The notes below the pieces were generated by a model. It searched no databases, was not told where the DNA came from, and saw nothing but the letters and a program-made list of their open reading frames with translations. From contig NC_133617.1 in NCBI RefSeq assembly GCF_048593235.1, positions 258,190,937 to 258,254,936 of the forward strand: a DNA stretch of 64,000 bases, written 5' to 3'. Of the stretch, positions 61,696 to 64,000 are shown in pieces. Position 1 is the first letter of the stretch; each line of letters begins with the position of its first letter. Source of the DNA: Sminthopsis crassicaudata (lineage: Eukaryota). The position numbers and the translations under genes are program-made.

Positions 61696-63099
61696 CTAGA
61701 AATGAAAATATTTTTGGTTAATTTATTAAGAAATAGTACATATGTCCAGGGCCCATACCTTTGGAGAAAATTCTGGAGGGCAGGTTAGTCATAACAGTTT
61801 CTTAACAAATGTATATCCATTCAGAATTTTCCAGTTACAATTTTAGGCAAAGACACCTGTAATGCATCATCAGAGATGTTCAGGTCACATGACAAACAAG
61901 GACAACTAAAGCATTTTAATTTCTCCAACCTCTCAAATATTTCTATGGCTTAAGAGTTAAGCAATTACAGCTGCATCCATGGTCTAAGACACAGAAAACC
62001 TTAAAAAAAAAAGCAAGATCTCAATAAGCCCTAAGGCAATCACTAAAACCCCCCACAAACTATAAGCTAAGTTCTGGCAGAGTAGGATAGGTTTCAAGAT
62101 CCACTTAGCAGTTCATTTGCTACTGCTATATATACAATCTATGGTAACACTCCCCTTTATCTTTTCTTTCATCTCACTATTCTGTGGAAACAAGTGAAAG
62201 ACCTCAACTCTTCACAACCTCTGCTATGAGGGAAAAAAAAAGTGTTAAGTAGCGGGGGAGGGAGGGAAGTATTATTCCCCCTGGAGATAGCAAGTAGTTC
62301 TGTTAGAGACCTAAGAAACAGGACAAAAATAACAGCATGTATATAATAGCCCAACAAACCTGAAGGAAAAGAGACTGAAATCCAGCCGAGATCAGTCCTT
62401 TTCTTCCAGAAGGGAGAGGCTAAGGCAAGTGAAAAGTGAATTCTTCACCACAAGTAGCATTTGAGTTGAGAAAAAATTGTAACTACCAAAGTTCTCATGA
62501 GGAAGGAAATAGTGAAAAATCTTGAGCAAGATAAACCAATACAGAAAACTAATAACAAAAGGCAATATTAATTCCAGATCAATTAACATCTGAATAAATT
62601 ATAAATATAAATTATATATAAGTATATATATATATATAAGCATATATATATAAGTATATAAAATTGTGTATAATATCTAATACAATATATAAATGTATAA
62701 TTAGCTAATCATATATTAAACATAGTAATTTTATATAAATTTATAAAAATAAGCCAACAACTGATGATGCAGAGAATCCTATATATTCCCTGCACAACAG
62801 TAAAAAAAAAAAAAAAAATTATGAAAATAAATTTTATGACCTGCACAGCAGGAAGAAATTTGTATTTCCCCTTTGCCCTGCCATCAATGTGTAAATAAGT
62901 CATCCCTATTTCTTTTGAATTAAATAATTATAAGAACTTTTGTGTGTTTCTCTTGGTGCCTCCACAGTTCTGCCCTTTTAAGAATTCTTAGTCTTCTACT
63001 CCATTAAAAGCCTTTTCTGCTCCCCCTGGACACACCTTCCTTGTCTATTGTATTTCATTTTGTCACGATAGGTTATTCTTGACTGCATACTTTTCTCCT

Positions 63100-63740
63100 C
63101 TTAAAATATTATATTCCAAGTTCTCCTCTACATTACTCTGATAGCTGCTAAGTCTTATGTAATCCTTGATACTTGGATTTTTTCTTTCTTGCTGCTTGCC
63201 ATATTCTTTAAAAAAAAAAAAACAAAAAAACAAAACTAAATTTCTGCCTATGAAGTTTGGCTATGAATTTCACTGTGGGAGTTTCTTTCAGGATATGTTC
63301 AGTAGATTAAATGTTCACTTTGCCCAAATGTTCTCATATGTCTGGGTACTTTACTTTCATAACTTCCTGAACTATTTAATTGTATGACCCTGGATCAATT
63401 ACCTCCAAAAGAGGGGGGAAAAATACAAATATCCAGGATATCTTCTAGCTCATTTAATTTTCAGGTCAGTTTTTGGGTGAGACCTTTTACTGTCTTGAGA
63501 TGTCAATTTTCCTCACCATTTTTTCTTCTTTTCCATTATGCATTTCTTGTTTAATCTCTTCAAGGTACTCCTCCAACAAACAATCCCTATGGGAAGGGCA
63601 TGTTTTTCCCCCCAGAGATTTTAATGGCCCATATGCGGTTACTAACCTCCAGGTTTACATTGGCTTTCTCACAAATTAAAGTACTTCCTCATGGTATGCA
63701 GAGTTTTCCTAGGTTTGTTCATTTCATTCACTAGGATATT
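63100..63740 (-). mobile_element. Probable old L1 5'/ORF1-region fragment
   Basis: tttctttcttgctgcttgc...aagtttggctatgaattt resembles a reverse-strand marsupial L1 ORF1 region; similar piece at ~57880-58140. Confidence 0.4.
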
Positions 63741-64000
63741 CAGGTTTTAACAGAGACAAGAGGGTGACACAAAAACTGAGATTTGGTTACTATCTCAACT
63801 GATTAGCAAGGGAAAGGCCAGACTAATCCTGAATACAAAGCTATTAATTGTTGATCTTAGACAAAAATCAAGATTCAATCAAGAGAGAAATCTATGTCAG
63901 CCATATTATTATTTTAAATGCAAATTTTACACATGGCACATTATATGTATACATATATATGTGTGTGTATGGGTATGTATATATACATAAGCATGTGTGT

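Noticed and set aside
149-63679. Remaining 60-140 aa ORFs in the track
   Set aside because: Low-complexity translations of microsatellites, poly(A/T) runs and TE relics, many starting at TTG/GTG.
61700-64000. RB1CC1 promoter or exon 1
   Set aside because: No CpG island or GC-rich first exon; this is intron 1 and the promoter is beyond the window.
1-64000. CRISPR arrays, operons, defence or other prokaryote-type systems
   Set aside because: No repeat-spacer periodicity or dense ORFs; this is spliced mammalian DNA.

Overview
AT-rich vertebrate genomic DNA. The repeat content (WSINE1-like CORE-SINEs, OC1-like hAT MITEs, marsupial-type L1 3' ends, RTE/L2/CR1 relics) best fits an Australian dasyurid marsupial; this is inference, not a database match. 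The window holds almost all of one minus-strand gene, RB1CC1 (FIP200, ULK1-complex autophagy scaffold). I traced 22 coding exons by hand from the ATG at 60421 to TAA at 6508, all GT-AG with consistent phases, summing to 4785 nt (1594 aa + stop). There is also a probable non-coding exon (61572-61695) and a ~1.4 kb 3'UTR. Exon 1 and the promoter are outside the window, and exon numbers follow the human gene as I recall it. The rest is intron filled with transposon remnants. I found no prokaryote-type system, CRISPR array or RNA gene, and no clearly new biological system. Best leads: an L1 with an 87-bp 3' transduction inside a three-layer nest; a perfect 63-bp templated insertion copied from 2 kb away; a 42-bp-arm hairpin and a ~125-bp inverted duplication in introns; a candidate in-frame 12-nt microexon in the ubiquitin-like domain; tandem donor and acceptor sites that could give four Claw-loop isoforms; inverted SINEs bracketing an in-frame exon pair (circRNA candidate); and a 5'UTR uORF.
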